From positions 3,715,648 through 3,779,647 of the forward strand of contig SMSO01000014.1 of assembly GCA_004764695.1 (NCBI GenBank): a DNA stretch of 64,000 nt, read 5' to 3'. Within the stretch, counting starts at the first letter, position 1. Each line of letters opens with the position of its first letter. Below are positions 22,733 through 32,998 of this stretch, piece after piece. A program made the position numbers and the translations under genes. This DNA is from Schizochytrium sp. TIO01 (Eukaryota; Protista; Bigyra: Labyrinthulomycetes). A model generated the notes under the pieces. The model did no database searches. It saw nothing but the letters and a program-made list of their open reading frames with translations, and was not told where the DNA came from.

Positions 22733-25700
22733 CTACCTAGATAGAAGCTCGATAAAGTCTTCATACATACTAGCAAGAAGTTCCATATCTTCACAGGGAA
22801 GCTTCGGTACACCGCTCTCCCCTGCTGTGCTTGCACCGGATGATTGAGCTTCCCTCGTTACCTCCGGAGGATCTAGCTCTTGAAGAGAGACAGAACTAGA
22901 GTCTCGAGACACAGACACACACGAATGCAAGTGCTGCACAGTTTCGCCAAGCCAAGGCATAATCGCTGCCTCATTACGATCTTCGGGATTGAGAGGGAGA
23001 GGGAGAATTGGACGAGGCTGCTCCAAATAGAAGCTAAGCAGATAGCGAGTGAATTCACAGAGGTAAAGTGGGTTCGACGCATGTGTATCAGCAATCTCTG
23101 CAAAAGGTTGTCGCAAGGATAACTCTATGTGCTCCAAATCAGCAACGCTTCGAAGAATTTCTTCAAGAATAGCAAAGTATAGGCCCATACTCTGATAAGA
23201 AGCACCTGCAATGTGGCGAATAATAGCATCTAAAATTGTGACCTCAAGGTCTGGCTTGTGCTTGCAAACATAAGCATAAATTACGCCAATTGACTCAGCT
23301 GGTGTTTCCCTGGGGTTGCAGATTCGATGTTCTTGCTCAAATTGGTGTAAATACAAGAGTGCTTGTTCCAAAACGTCTGGAGACTGCAAGGCACACCAGC
23401 CCGGCAGGTCCCTTTCAGCTTCATCGCCTTCACAAAGTTCACGTATAACACCAAAAGGTTCCTTCCAATCAACTGCCATAGAACCACTAACTGATAATGA
23501 TTGTTGAAAAGGTGGTTCTGGTCCAAGCTCTGGGAAATCGCTCCAAACAGCCCGCAAAGGCGACAAATTACCCATAAATATGTCAATGGCATGGGCAATA
23601 ATGCATTTAGACACGAGAAAGTTTCTTGCATATTCCGAATGACGTGAAGCAGTACGAACAACTGCCCACCACTGCGTGTGATTTTGGAGATTACCTCGAA
23701 GGTAAACCGAGTTCAACACCGGGTCAATCAACTGCGAAAGAAAAATGTCCAATCCAGGCCATGGGGTGTCACTTTGTGCTAAAGACTCCGCTAAAAGAAG
23801 TCCGAGAAGGGCTCCAGCGCCTTCACGGACAATCTCAGAGACCTGCTGGAGTAAAAGATCGGGCAACAAGTTTTCAGAAGCACTCCGTTCTGCTATCAGA
23901 TCTAGACACGTCTGAGCAGTTCCAGGTTGAACAATTATCAGCCGCTGAAGACCCATCAAGAGATCTGGGAGTTCTGTGCGCCCAGACATTGAGCGCGCAA
24001 GAGTATCAAGAGCATATACCACTGCATCCATGGCAAATTGCGGGTCTTGTGGTGGACCTTGGTCAGCTAGAGCTACAGCTTTGAAAAGCTCCGTCACCCC
24101 TGGCTCAAAAACGCGTTGTACAGCTTGAGCAATTCGATTTTGGTGCAAAATAGAGTCCGTTAGCCCTTCTGGCATGAGCTTGAGCTTGACTATCTCAGGC
24201 ACAGCTTTACCGCAAGTAACAAAACTAGCGGCTTCAGCACCCATAAATTTAGCTTCGTCTTGAACCATTTGTTTACGCTCGTACACAAGCATATATGCGT
24301 TATTTGCGCTTGGAATCTCCACTCCATAGCTCGATGTACGCAAGCCACCGCCAAAGGTCGCCTCTTCTAGTGAACTAAGATCAAATGGTTTGACAATTCG
24401 ATCGTTAAACTCGAACCATTGTCCCTTGGTCGGCCCGAACCGTGAACGAATATAGGAATAGTAATGACCACTATTTAAAGAGGCACCCGAGTGTACAACA
24501 ACTCCTGCTAGTTCGAACTGGTAATAAGCCTTCCCGCGCTCGCCATACCGTTTTTCATCATTTGGATAACCCTTCCATTCTAAACCTTCTTTCGTGTAAG
24601 GGAAGAAGTCTATTTCGAGAGGAAACTCGAAACGACTGTTTATTTTCTCTGTCATAAAGGTTGTCCAGTTGAGACGGAAACGCTTCAAATGTACAAAGAC
24701 TACATCGGAAAGGTCAGCAATACATTGTCGTTTAAGTGTTCTTAATTTGGCATTCCCCCGCTCCTCCCAGCTATAATCATTGATCACTTCACCAGCAACA
24801 AAGTTACGCAGACTCTCGCGTAAAGAGGTTACACCATCACCAAGTTCTTGCGTAAGACAGTATTCCCTAACAGCCGGGTTCTCGCGATGCAGCCCGTCTG
24901 TAACGCTCGAGTCAACGCAAAGAAGCTGATTAGCAATGCTTACCCCAATTGCGTCAGAAATAAGCTTTCTCTGTCCAGATTGTTGTAACATTTCATCAAC
25001 CCGGTCGCACAAGGTGTTAAAAAATTCATGAGCATCCTGCTGCTCAAACAAATTTACAGGTTGGCCTTGTTCATCTTTGAAGACCTGGCACCATGCAGTT
25101 GGGTTATAGGCCTGTTTAATGCTCAAATCCAACGCGCCCATCATGCGCTGGAACTCGAGCAGCACCTCGCGCTGTTCCTGGGTTACAGGCGTATCAGTAT
25201 CTGTGTTTGCTTTGTTTGGTGGTGGTAGTCTTGCTCGCAAAATTCCATAACGTAAACGAGGAATATTGAACAGTTGTTGCACAAGACTATTCATATAGCA
25301 GATAAATCCCAGGTTCACGAGTCCTTGGAAACCACACGGAGCCCGTTGGTCAGTACCGAGCTCCACAGACCAACAAGCGCCTGACAGAGCAGCTATCTCA
25401 GAGCTAGCATCCGGCATGTCACTACTTGAAAACGTGGCGTTCTTTTGAGCTTGAAATTCATATAAATCCCTGAACGAAATTGTAGTAGCCTTACGGATGT
25501 AGGACCCAACCAAGCTGTTCCAGAGGCTTGGATGAACAATCACAGCCTCTGCGAGTACACGGAATGCACCCAATCTAACACCTTCCGGTGCAAGGCTGGG
25601 TGATTCTACATCAGCCCCACCGTCAGGGTATAGACATTCCGTCAGAAGGAGCTTGCAAATATGCTCAGCAACTTGAAGATCAGTCCTTGAGACGCCAGAT

Positions 25701-28700
25701 TTCAGGATATGAAAATAGCCTTCCAAAATGCGAGGGTTTATTAAATCTTCACCAGTTAGAATCTCGCGCACATTTTTTACCAAAGGAGCAAACACGTCAC
25801 TACCTTGTACATTTGCAAGAACCTCAGGGGAAGACATAAGGCCTTCAAAAAGCTTGAAATATTGGTCACACTCTGCGAGATCTGTTTCTGTTGGCAATTC
25901 AACACGAGAAAGTGCCTCGAGTGAGTGAGCACCAAATAACGGCTTTTCCCGTGCAAGGTGTTGAAATGCATTCCGGAATACAAATCGGGTTATGGTTGGA
26001 ATAAAACCATGATTGCAGACAAGACCGTTTTGTAAAAAAGGAGAGAGATATGCTGCAGAAGAGAGGGCCGGATCACGAGTAAGAGCCCATGTACCAATGC
26101 CAAATGCACAGAGATTAAGTAGTGAGCGTTTGATACCTGGAAGAAGTTCTGTATCCATGTTAGTTAAGACAACAGGGTGCAATACGAATGACCGAAGAGC
26201 GTTCTCTGCTGCGTTAGCTGCAGCTTCTATCTCACGTAGCCCAGCAACATCTCTGAAGAGATTCATCGCATACTGTAAGGACGAAAGTTCAGGCAGTAGA
26301 GTAGACTGAGTGTTGCCTACGCAGGCTGTTGAAAAGGGAAATGCGGAGTCCATATCCATCAACACCAAGCCAGAGAGATCTACTTCTTTCTGAAGTCGGA
26401 TCATTGTAGTAAGACGGGGCATAAGACTGTACACAAGATTCTCCATTCCCGGCCCTGTATGTTTGATGTAGGCAGCAACAGTGAAGAAAGAAATGCGAAG
26501 GAGTTTTGCAATTATAGAGAGAATCTGCGACGCGCGAAAATCTAGCATAGACTTTGCCTCGAGTTCTCCAGGAGCTCTTGCAATAACTTTAGTGAGCTGA
26601 TCCATGATGCACTGTATACCTTTTGCTTCAATGAACTGGTGGGCCAAACCACTTTTGGAAAGACCATTCCCTGGGGCAAATAGTGACTCGATGAGCTCAA
26701 TAGCATAAAGCAACTTAAGAAGTGATACCTTATCCTTTTGGACCTCTTCTAGCAGGCGGCCCATATCTTGAAAGCTTTCACTTGATGGCAAGGCCTGAAG
26801 AAGTTTCCAAACATCTGCAGAAAGGGTGTTTCCAGCATGCTGGTCTTCGGAGGACCCTTTCGAGACTGCTGCGTCTGCACAAACATCCAAGAGGTTGAAC
26901 AACATTTCCGAGTACTTAGAATTCGATGCCAAGATCACACTGGGTAAAACTGAAAGCTTTTGCTTTGCCAGCACGATTTCGCTCTCAGCTGGTGACCTCA
27001 GAGGAGGTTGCGTAAGCTCAGGATCAGCGTTGCCCCCAGGGACATCCATATCATTTGACTTTTGTTCCGAAGCTGCTGCTACACCAAAAATAAGAGATTT
27101 ACGTGCAGCCATGTCAGCAGCCACACCAGCAGGAGGCTTTTCACACGCCATGATCGTAACGCCAGGTGATAATCCATGCATGTCTCGGATGAGTTGAGCC
27201 CCTGTATCAAGCTTAATTTCTTTACCACCAGCGAAAATCCGTAAGCGCTCAGCGGACTCTAATCCAATAGTGTGGGCAATTTGTTCCCTCAGCCTCCACA
27301 CTGGGTCCTTGGTAGACAGCATAATGACGGACTTTGTATTGTGACCTGCGGAGCCTTTGAAGTTATTACTCACAGTAACTTCAAACGACTGTCCTACAGT
27401 GCTAGCAGAGTGAGGAGCGACAAACTCCCACGCTTCATTGCCTAACACTTCACAAAGAATTGATGTTTGCTTTTCAGTGAACTGTAAAAGAGGGCGCACC
27501 AGACCTAAACAGCGGATAGCTGCTCTTGATCCTTGCACAAATGACTCTTCCATAACACTAATTGCGGCCTGCAATTCACGCATTGCTTTCTCAACAAATG
27601 TTTTACGGTACTCCAGAGTCTCGTAAGTTTGAAGGGCTGCACCAAGATGCAGTCTGCAAAGCATATCTGCTGCGCGGCTTGACGTCTTATCCGACTTTGC
27701 ATGCAGAGCAAGATACCATAGCACATCTTCGCCTTGAAGGTGTTCGGACTCCAGGACTCGAACGCTATCCATAGAAGGTGTCGGTTCTCCTATATCATCC
27801 AACTCTAGCATATACATAAGACCGCTTGGGCGTCGCTGTGCAGGAGAAGCACTTGGCTTCGATGGAGCCCACGCGAGGTGACCCTTAGCACGATTCAATT
27901 GTAGCATTGCAAACTGTAAGCATGAGAACGCAGCCATAGGCCACGTGGTTTCACTCTCCTCAGAGACGCGCCAAAGCATTAAGTTGCCGATATGGTCTGT
28001 AAATATTGTGTCTAAGGTGACCACATCCAAACCCACGAATTTGTTGTCTCCCATCTTAGCTTTTGGTGCTTCGCTATCTGTTACTTCCGGAGCAAGGTAG
28101 TCAGTAAGGAGGAATGTAATGAAGCGGAAGCATGCCGTTTGTTCGTTAGACCTTGCTTGAGGGTTTTTAACTAAAGTTTCCCACAAAGATGCGAGTTGGT
28201 TTTCTGTAAGAACCAGATCAGACTCGTTTAGAAGAATGAGTACAAAGTCGAGCAAATGAGTAAGCGAAGAGCTATACTTTGCAAAATTGTATTTGAAGTC
28301 TGTGCAAAGTTCCTTGCACTTCCCAAAGCATAAATCAATAATAGAATGCCAGCGCTCTAGCCACGCAACGACATCCTCGCGAGATTCGCGTCCAGTCAGG
28401 TGTTCCTGCAGCTGGAAGTTTACCCTCGGCCCAAGTTCTTTACTACGGGGATAGCTGTAAATGACATGTTGAAGAACATGAAGAGCAGGCGCAATTACTG
28501 TTTCACGCTGTAGACACGCAAGAGCTCGACTTATCAGTACCTCTCGAAACGTACGGCCATCCTCATCAAGTCCACATCCGGCTGCAGCCGCCTGTGCAGC
28601 AGTAAGAACGTTGAACATGAGTGTCGCTTGGTCGCTGGTTAAAGAAACTTCCTTTTTTGACCCGGTCACATTCGGTACGCTTGGCCTTGTCTGTTCAGAC

Positions 28701-31684
28701 TTGTTGTCACCTTCCATTGAAACATTCGTTGTTGTTTTTTCAACCCCAGAAGGCTTCTTGAAAGCTCTCATCATGTCAAGACTAGCATGATAGACAACAA
28801 CTGATCGAAGCTCTTCCTCTGCTGCTTTTGAAACAGCTCCAATATTAGTGTCAGTAGCAAAATTGAACAAGATATCTAGAGCTTTAATGCTCGGCGAGCG
28901 GGAGAAATTTCCTTCAGCTGTCTGAGAATACTTGCAAATCTCTCTAAGAATCTCTAAAGCTTTGGGAGAGAGTTGTGCCGGGTCTTCTGAAACGAAGAAC
29001 GATAATACCTTCTCAACTTCTGCTAATCTCATACTTGGCACAGTTTCAGCCATCATTGTCAAGATTGCATCAGCAAGTTCTTTGTCAGATCCCTTCGCTT
29101 CGTCTACACCTTGCCACATAGTCGCTAGCATGCCCTCAGGAATCATGCGTGCTCCACTCAGAAAGACCAAAAGGCGAGCTGCGCGTTTAGTCATTTCGCT
29201 ATGAGCCAAAGGACCGCGAACAGCATTTTCAATTGCCTTAGATTGAATAATCCATTCTGAAAGTAGTATCTTATTTAACTTCCAAGCAATTGAAATGCGC
29301 GTATATTCAAATTGGTCAGCGTATTGCACCCTAGAGTTGACGCTTGAATTTAGAGATGGAGTAGGCAAAGCGGAGTCATCCCTCGCCCTTGGTGCCTTGG
29401 GCGGGGTCATAAAAGCACTCGCTGAAGGTTGAGTTGACATATTTGTAGGGGTAGATGGCCCTTCAGCAGGAGCAGCAAAACGAACCTCAGGTGCGTGATC
29501 TGAGTTTGTCTTCAATTTCTGATTGTTAAACTCGAAACTTTGGGAGCGATTAAGGAGCACAGATGAAAGGAGGTTTTTTGTCCGTTCCTTTGATTCGACC
29601 GTGCTCAGCGCACTATCTTCTCCATTGGACTCTGAAGTATACGATGATGCCATAGTAGTCTGCCTGTATGCTAGGCCTGCAGGATACACTTCAGCATTTT
29701 TGACACGATCTATTAAATCAACCACAAGGTCCATACCATCTAACCGTTGCATAATTGCTGGGCACTGAAGACGCTTTTCTGCAAATTTGATGGCAAGGTC
29801 TTCAATGAATGAGGACGCCTCGCGCTGAGCCATGCATCGATGTGCAATTTTTGTTGCACGCTCAAGCGTCTCTTGCACAAAGTGTTTTGACAGCTGGCGT
29901 ACTTGAGGTTGAGGCATTTGATCCACAATTTTAAAGATGCGGTGTAGGAATGATGGTAGTAACATCTGAGCTAAAGTGCGGGATAGCGTGGTGCCTACCC
30001 CAGCAAAGAGGGAAAGTAAATGCCGCGCGAGATCAAGATTGCTAGGATGATTCTTTAGAAGAAACATAACTGTCTGGAACCCATCAACATTTATGAAATG
30101 CTCCAAGTTCATTACGAAGAAACGAGAAACCATCTTGTTGTGGGAAAACCGCATTACTGTCGCCGCATCCTCTGAGTCCTTCGTATCATCTACCACAGAA
30201 TTAGCAAGTAGATTATTAATGGCCTTTGAAGCATAAAGACCACGACGACCAAATGATCTTGAGTTCAGAGGTGCAAGCATGCTAATGGCGCTTCTAGGTA
30301 AGTTTGTATCTTTGTTTGGCGGGAAGCCGACAAAGGTTACCAATAAAATATCATCTTGATCTGACGATGAAGACATGTTGCTGCCTTTTTCTACTGAAAC
30401 AATAACTGCTTGATACCAATTGCCGTCCCCTATAAGGCACGCATCAAGCATAATCCCAGGTTCAAGAGAGCTGAGAAATGTCTTCTCGCTGGGAGACAGA
30501 GACTCCCAGTCCGCTTTGAGTTCACTGAGTTCTCTGTCAGGTTTCAAATTCGACACGCCAAGAAAAGTTGATGAGGAATTTTCGGTCAAATTTGCAGCTT
30601 TGAGGCTACTATTGCCCCACTCCAAGCCACATTCCAAAGAAGCATCGATATCAGTGTTAATACTAGGCGGGCGTTTGTTTGCTTGTTTGTTTCCGGTTTC
30701 AAACTTGTTTTCACTACTGTCAATGACAGTAGAGTGAAGCTGTGGTGACCCTTGCATCTGACTATTCGTCGACGAAAGGGTGTTGCTTGGGTTGTCGAGA
30801 GAAGGTCGAAATATCTTGGGATCCTTTGGAAACCATTTCCTTTCTATCACAGAGGGTTCGTCACCAACCTCCAATATTTCTACTTCAATCTCAGTATTTG
30901 TTGGCGAAATTTGAAGAACACGGCAGGGCATCCACTGCCCCAATGAATCAGAATAGACAAAGCCTGAGTCGCCTTGACCAAATGCGTGGAGCCATTCTTC
31001 CAGGTTTGGAGGAACTGATTGTTCAGGAATACCATGGTGAGAAAAGTCCGCTCCAGATGCTTCACCCGCTGTGGCTACTACATGGTCGCTGGTTTGGTAG
31101 CTCCTAAGATTTAACTCGGCATGCTGCTGGCGCCAACGCTTGGCCTCTTCGAGCCCATAAGAGGCATAAAAGTTATTAGTAGGACGCAAGAGCTCTACCA
31201 GTGTTGCTACCTCTGGGTCTGAGTAGTTCACCTCAGCATGAGATCGAATCCTATCCACCAGTGCCTTCACAAGACTGCAAATAAAGGTATTGACTAAAGG
31301 AAGCTGATCATCTTTGTAATAGCGCTTGAGAACTGCAGAAGCCATCTGCGGGACAGCTGAGTGGTAGAAAAACTCCTCATGTGCCTTAGTTCCTTTGCCT
31401 TGATCAATCCACTCGACCCAGGTAATGAAATTCCTCAATGTCGTGTCCAGCGGACTGTCAGCTTTGTTTACTACTTGAACAAATAGACTGCAGTTTTCCT
31501 GAAATTTTGATAGTGTTGTAGTGTGCTTTGCCCGATCATATTCTTGTTCTCCGCTAGTCCCCCCACCCACATTTTGGTGTTGCAAATTTCCCTCCTGGTG
31601 TTCACCTCGATGTTCCGGTTGTTCCCTGCTTTGTTTATCCTGCGTCTGCCTGGAGCCTTGTTGATTTCTACGTTCTTCCGACAT
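22733..31684 (-). CDS. Large ubiquitin-specific protease (peptidase C19; USP9X/USP24/USP34-type), 2983 aa
   Basis: Cys box GLVNLGFICYMNSLVQQL, EQQDAHEF, HLKRF, KINSRFEFP, His box GVVVHSGASLNSGHYYSY, WFEFND, NAYMLVYER. Long helical N-terminal region and an internal ubiquitin-like segment (VWRLREQIA...RLRIFAGGKEI). Confidence 0.95.
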   Translation of the reverse strand: MSEERRNQQGSRQTQDKQSREQPEHRGEHQEGNLQHQNVGGGTSGEQEYDRAKHTTTLSKFQENCSLFVQVVNKADSPLDTTLRNFITWVEWIDQGKGTKAHEEFFYHSAVPQMASAVLKRYYKDDQLPLVNTFICSLVKALVDRIRSHAEVNYSDPEVATLVELLRPTNNFYASYGLEEAKRWRQQHAELNLRSYQTSDHVVATAGEASGADFSHHGIPEQSVPPNLEEWLHAFGQGDSGFVYSDSLGQWMPCRVLQISPTNTEIEVEILEVGDEPSVIERKWFPKDPKIFRPSLDNPSNTLSSTNSQMQGSPQLHSTVIDSSENKFETGNKQANKRPPSINTDIDASLECGLEWGNSSLKAANLTENSSSTFLGVSNLKPDRELSELKADWESLSPSEKTFLSSLEPGIMLDACLIGDGNWYQAVIVSVEKGSNMSSSSDQDDILLVTFVGFPPNKDTNLPRSAISMLAPLNSRSFGRRGLYASKAINNLLANSVVDDTKDSEDAATVMRFSHNKMVSRFFVMNLEHFINVDGFQTVMFLLKNHPSNLDLARHLLSLFAGVGTTLSRTLAQMLLPSFLHRIFKIVDQMPQPQVRQLSKHFVQETLERATKIAHRCMAQREASSFIEDLAIKFAEKRLQCPAIMQRLDGMDLVVDLIDRVKNAEVYPAGLAYRQTTMASSYTSESNGEDSALSTVESKERTKNLLSSVLLNRSQSFEFNNQKLKTNSDHAPEVRFAAPAEGPSTPTNMSTQPSASAFMTPPKAPRARDDSALPTPSLNSSVNSRVQYADQFEYTRISIAWKLNKILLSEWIIQSKAIENAVRGPLAHSEMTKRAARLLVFLSGARMIPEGMLATMWQGVDEAKGSDKELADAILTMMAETVPSMRLAEVEKVLSFFVSEDPAQLSPKALEILREICKYSQTAEGNFSRSPSIKALDILFNFATDTNIGAVSKAAEEELRSVVVYHASLDMMRAFKKPSGVEKTTTNVSMEGDNKSEQTRPSVPNVTGSKKEVSLTSDQATLMFNVLTAAQAAAAGCGLDEDGRTFREVLISRALACLQRETVIAPALHVLQHVIYSYPRSKELGPRVNFQLQEHLTGRESREDVVAWLERWHSIIDLCFGKCKELCTDFKYNFAKYSSSLTHLLDFVLILLNESDLVLTENQLASLWETLVKNPQARSNEQTACFRFITFLLTDYLAPEVTDSEAPKAKMGDNKFVGLDVVTLDTIFTDHIGNLMLWRVSEESETTWPMAAFSCLQFAMLQLNRAKGHLAWAPSKPSASPAQRRPSGLMYMLELDDIGEPTPSMDSVRVLESEHLQGEDVLWYLALHAKSDKTSSRAADMLCRLHLGAALQTYETLEYRKTFVEKAMRELQAAISVMEESFVQGSRAAIRCLGLVRPLLQFTEKQTSILCEVLGNEAWEFVAPHSASTVGQSFEVTVSNNFKGSAGHNTKSVIMLSTKDPVWRLREQIAHTIGLESAERLRIFAGGKEIKLDTGAQLIRDMHGLSPGVTIMACEKPPAGVAADMAARKSLIFGVAAASEQKSNDMDVPGGNADPELTQPPLRSPAESEIVLAKQKLSVLPSVILASNSKYSEMLFNLLDVCADAAVSKGSSEDQHAGNTLSADVWKLLQALPSSESFQDMGRLLEEVQKDKVSLLKLLYAIELIESLFAPGNGLSKSGLAHQFIEAKGIQCIMDQLTKVIARAPGELEAKSMLDFRASQILSIIAKLLRISFFTVAAYIKHTGPGMENLVYSLMPRLTTMIRLQKEVDLSGLVLMDMDSAFPFSTACVGNTQSTLLPELSSLQYAMNLFRDVAGLREIEAAANAAENALRSFVLHPVVLTNMDTELLPGIKRSLLNLCAFGIGTWALTRDPALSSAAYLSPFLQNGLVCNHGFIPTITRFVFRNAFQHLAREKPLFGAHSLEALSRVELPTETDLAECDQYFKLFEGLMSSPEVLANVQGSDVFAPLVKNVREILTGEDLINPRILEGYFHILKSGVSRTDLQVAEHICKLLLTECLYPDGGADVESPSLAPEGVRLGAFRVLAEAVIVHPSLWNSLVGSYIRKATTISFRDLYEFQAQKNATFSSSDMPDASSEIAALSGACWSVELGTDQRAPCGFQGLVNLGFICYMNSLVQQLFNIPRLRYGILRARLPPPNKANTDTDTPVTQEQREVLLEFQRMMGALDLSIKQAYNPTAWCQVFKDEQGQPVNLFEQQDAHEFFNTLCDRVDEMLQQSGQRKLISDAIGVSIANQLLCVDSSVTDGLHRENPAVREYCLTQELGDGVTSLRESLRNFVAGEVINDYSWEERGNAKLRTLKRQCIADLSDVVFVHLKRFRLNWTTFMTEKINSRFEFPLEIDFFPYTKEGLEWKGYPNDEKRYGERGKAYYQFELAGVVVHSGASLNSGHYYSYIRSRFGPTKGQWFEFNDRIVKPFDLSSLEEATFGGGLRTSSYGVEIPSANNAYMLVYERKQMVQDEAKFMGAEAASFVTCGKAVPEIVKLKLMPEGLTDSILHQNRIAQAVQRVFEPGVTELFKAVALADQGPPQDPQFAMDAVVYALDTLARSMSGRTELPDLLMGLQRLIIVQPGTAQTCLDLIAERSASENLLPDLLLQQVSEIVREGAGALLGLLLAESLAQSDTPWPGLDIFLSQLIDPVLNSVYLRGNLQNHTQWWAVVRTASRHSEYARNFLVSKCIIAHAIDIFMGNLSPLRAVWSDFPELGPEPPFQQSLSVSGSMAVDWKEPFGVIRELCEGDEAERDLPGWCALQSPDVLEQALLYLHQFEQEHRICNPRETPAESIGVIYAYVCKHKPDLEVTILDAIIRHIAGASYQSMGLYFAILEEILRSVADLEHIELSLRQPFAEIADTHASNPLYLCEFTRYLLSFYLEQPRPILPLPLNPEDRNEAAIMPWLGETVQHLHSCVSVSRDSSSVSLQELDPPEVTREAQSSGASTAGESGVPKLPCEDMELLASMYEDFIELLSR

Positions 31685-32998
31685 GACTTCGCTTTGACCG
31701 CAGTCTAATCAATCGCCAGTCACAGTAATGATTGAGATATTCCACTCTGGAACGCGATGAAGATCTCAATGATTCCCAGCAGAATCAATCCAAAAGGTTT
31801 CTCAAGAGCCTTATACCAATCGCCAGCTACAAATCAAAATATCTTACTTTTCAAGCGAGAACAGTAGCAAAGATCCGCAGTTTGGATTCACGCTCTCGTA
31901 CCCCTCCCCAGAGCGCTTTGCGTCTATTTATCTGCTTATTCCTTAGAAAGAAGATAGACAGAACGGCCAGGTCGGCCGATGCCCATGAACAAGCCTCCGG
32001 GCGGACCACGTAACACGAGTCGTTTCCCACGTGATCGCCAAAGGGGCGCACCCGTGGCACCAGTGCCGGTGAATCAGGTCGCGCCACCGCTCCACCTTGC
32101 TACAATGCGAGTCTGTAGCTAGCGAAGCCGCGGAGAAGGACCCGAACGAAGGAAAGGTCACTCACTTTTTGTTGTTCTACGTCTCTCTAGTGGAGCTGTT
32201 CAAAGTTAAACTTTCACTTTGCAAACCGTATAACCCACTTTACGCAGCATGGAAAAACAATGGCTTATAGGCACCCAATGTAGACTATAGCCGCAGTATA
32301 CTATAGACAATGGGTATTTCGTTTGCAGACGTTTGTATCCGAGTGTGAACATCGTAAAGCGAGAAAGTCTGCTCTCGATGGGCCTTCGCTTGCGTCATTG
32401 GGGTCCACCATCACACCAGATTGAGAAATGATAGAAAAGAGGGGACTCTTATGACTTGACGGAGCCAGAGATTACTGCTCTTGGTAGTAATTGAAGCTGC
32501 CGAGTTGATGAGCGAATGAAAAAAACTCAGCTTTACTTGTTGGTTGGGAACTCTGAAAACTCATAATGTTGAAGTATTAACGAAGTCAACCGAACAAGAA
32601 AATGAGCATCTGCTGCCTCTTGAAAACCCATGGCTGTGACTTGGTATTGAATCGCCCTCGCAGTCTGTCGTCAGCATTTGCTAGCAATTCTACACCCAAT
32701 TTAGCTGATGGCGCGAGGTAGTTCATAACGCTTCTACAACTCATGTTCTATTTTAAAATAAAATATGTATTGAAAAGTTTAATTATAAAAAAGTACAGAA
32801 TACATGAGAAAAGGGGAGAGAACTCGAAGAATATTATCATCACTATCTCGAAAACGAAAACGACGATTGAGACGCACACGATCATAATTGAGCCAGGCGT
32901 ACTAGCGTCTCACGCCAAAGCTCTTGCTTGTGAGAGCAGGCCGCGTGAACTGAGCGAATCCATATTTTAGTTGCACTGGACCGGAGGATAGCAGCGCC

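Noticed and set aside
32502-32562. TGATGA...CTGA with a short terminal stem as a C/D snoRNA
   Set aside because: It is only about 60 nt, the kink-turn spacing is on the wrong side, and I could not identify an rRNA-complementary guide.
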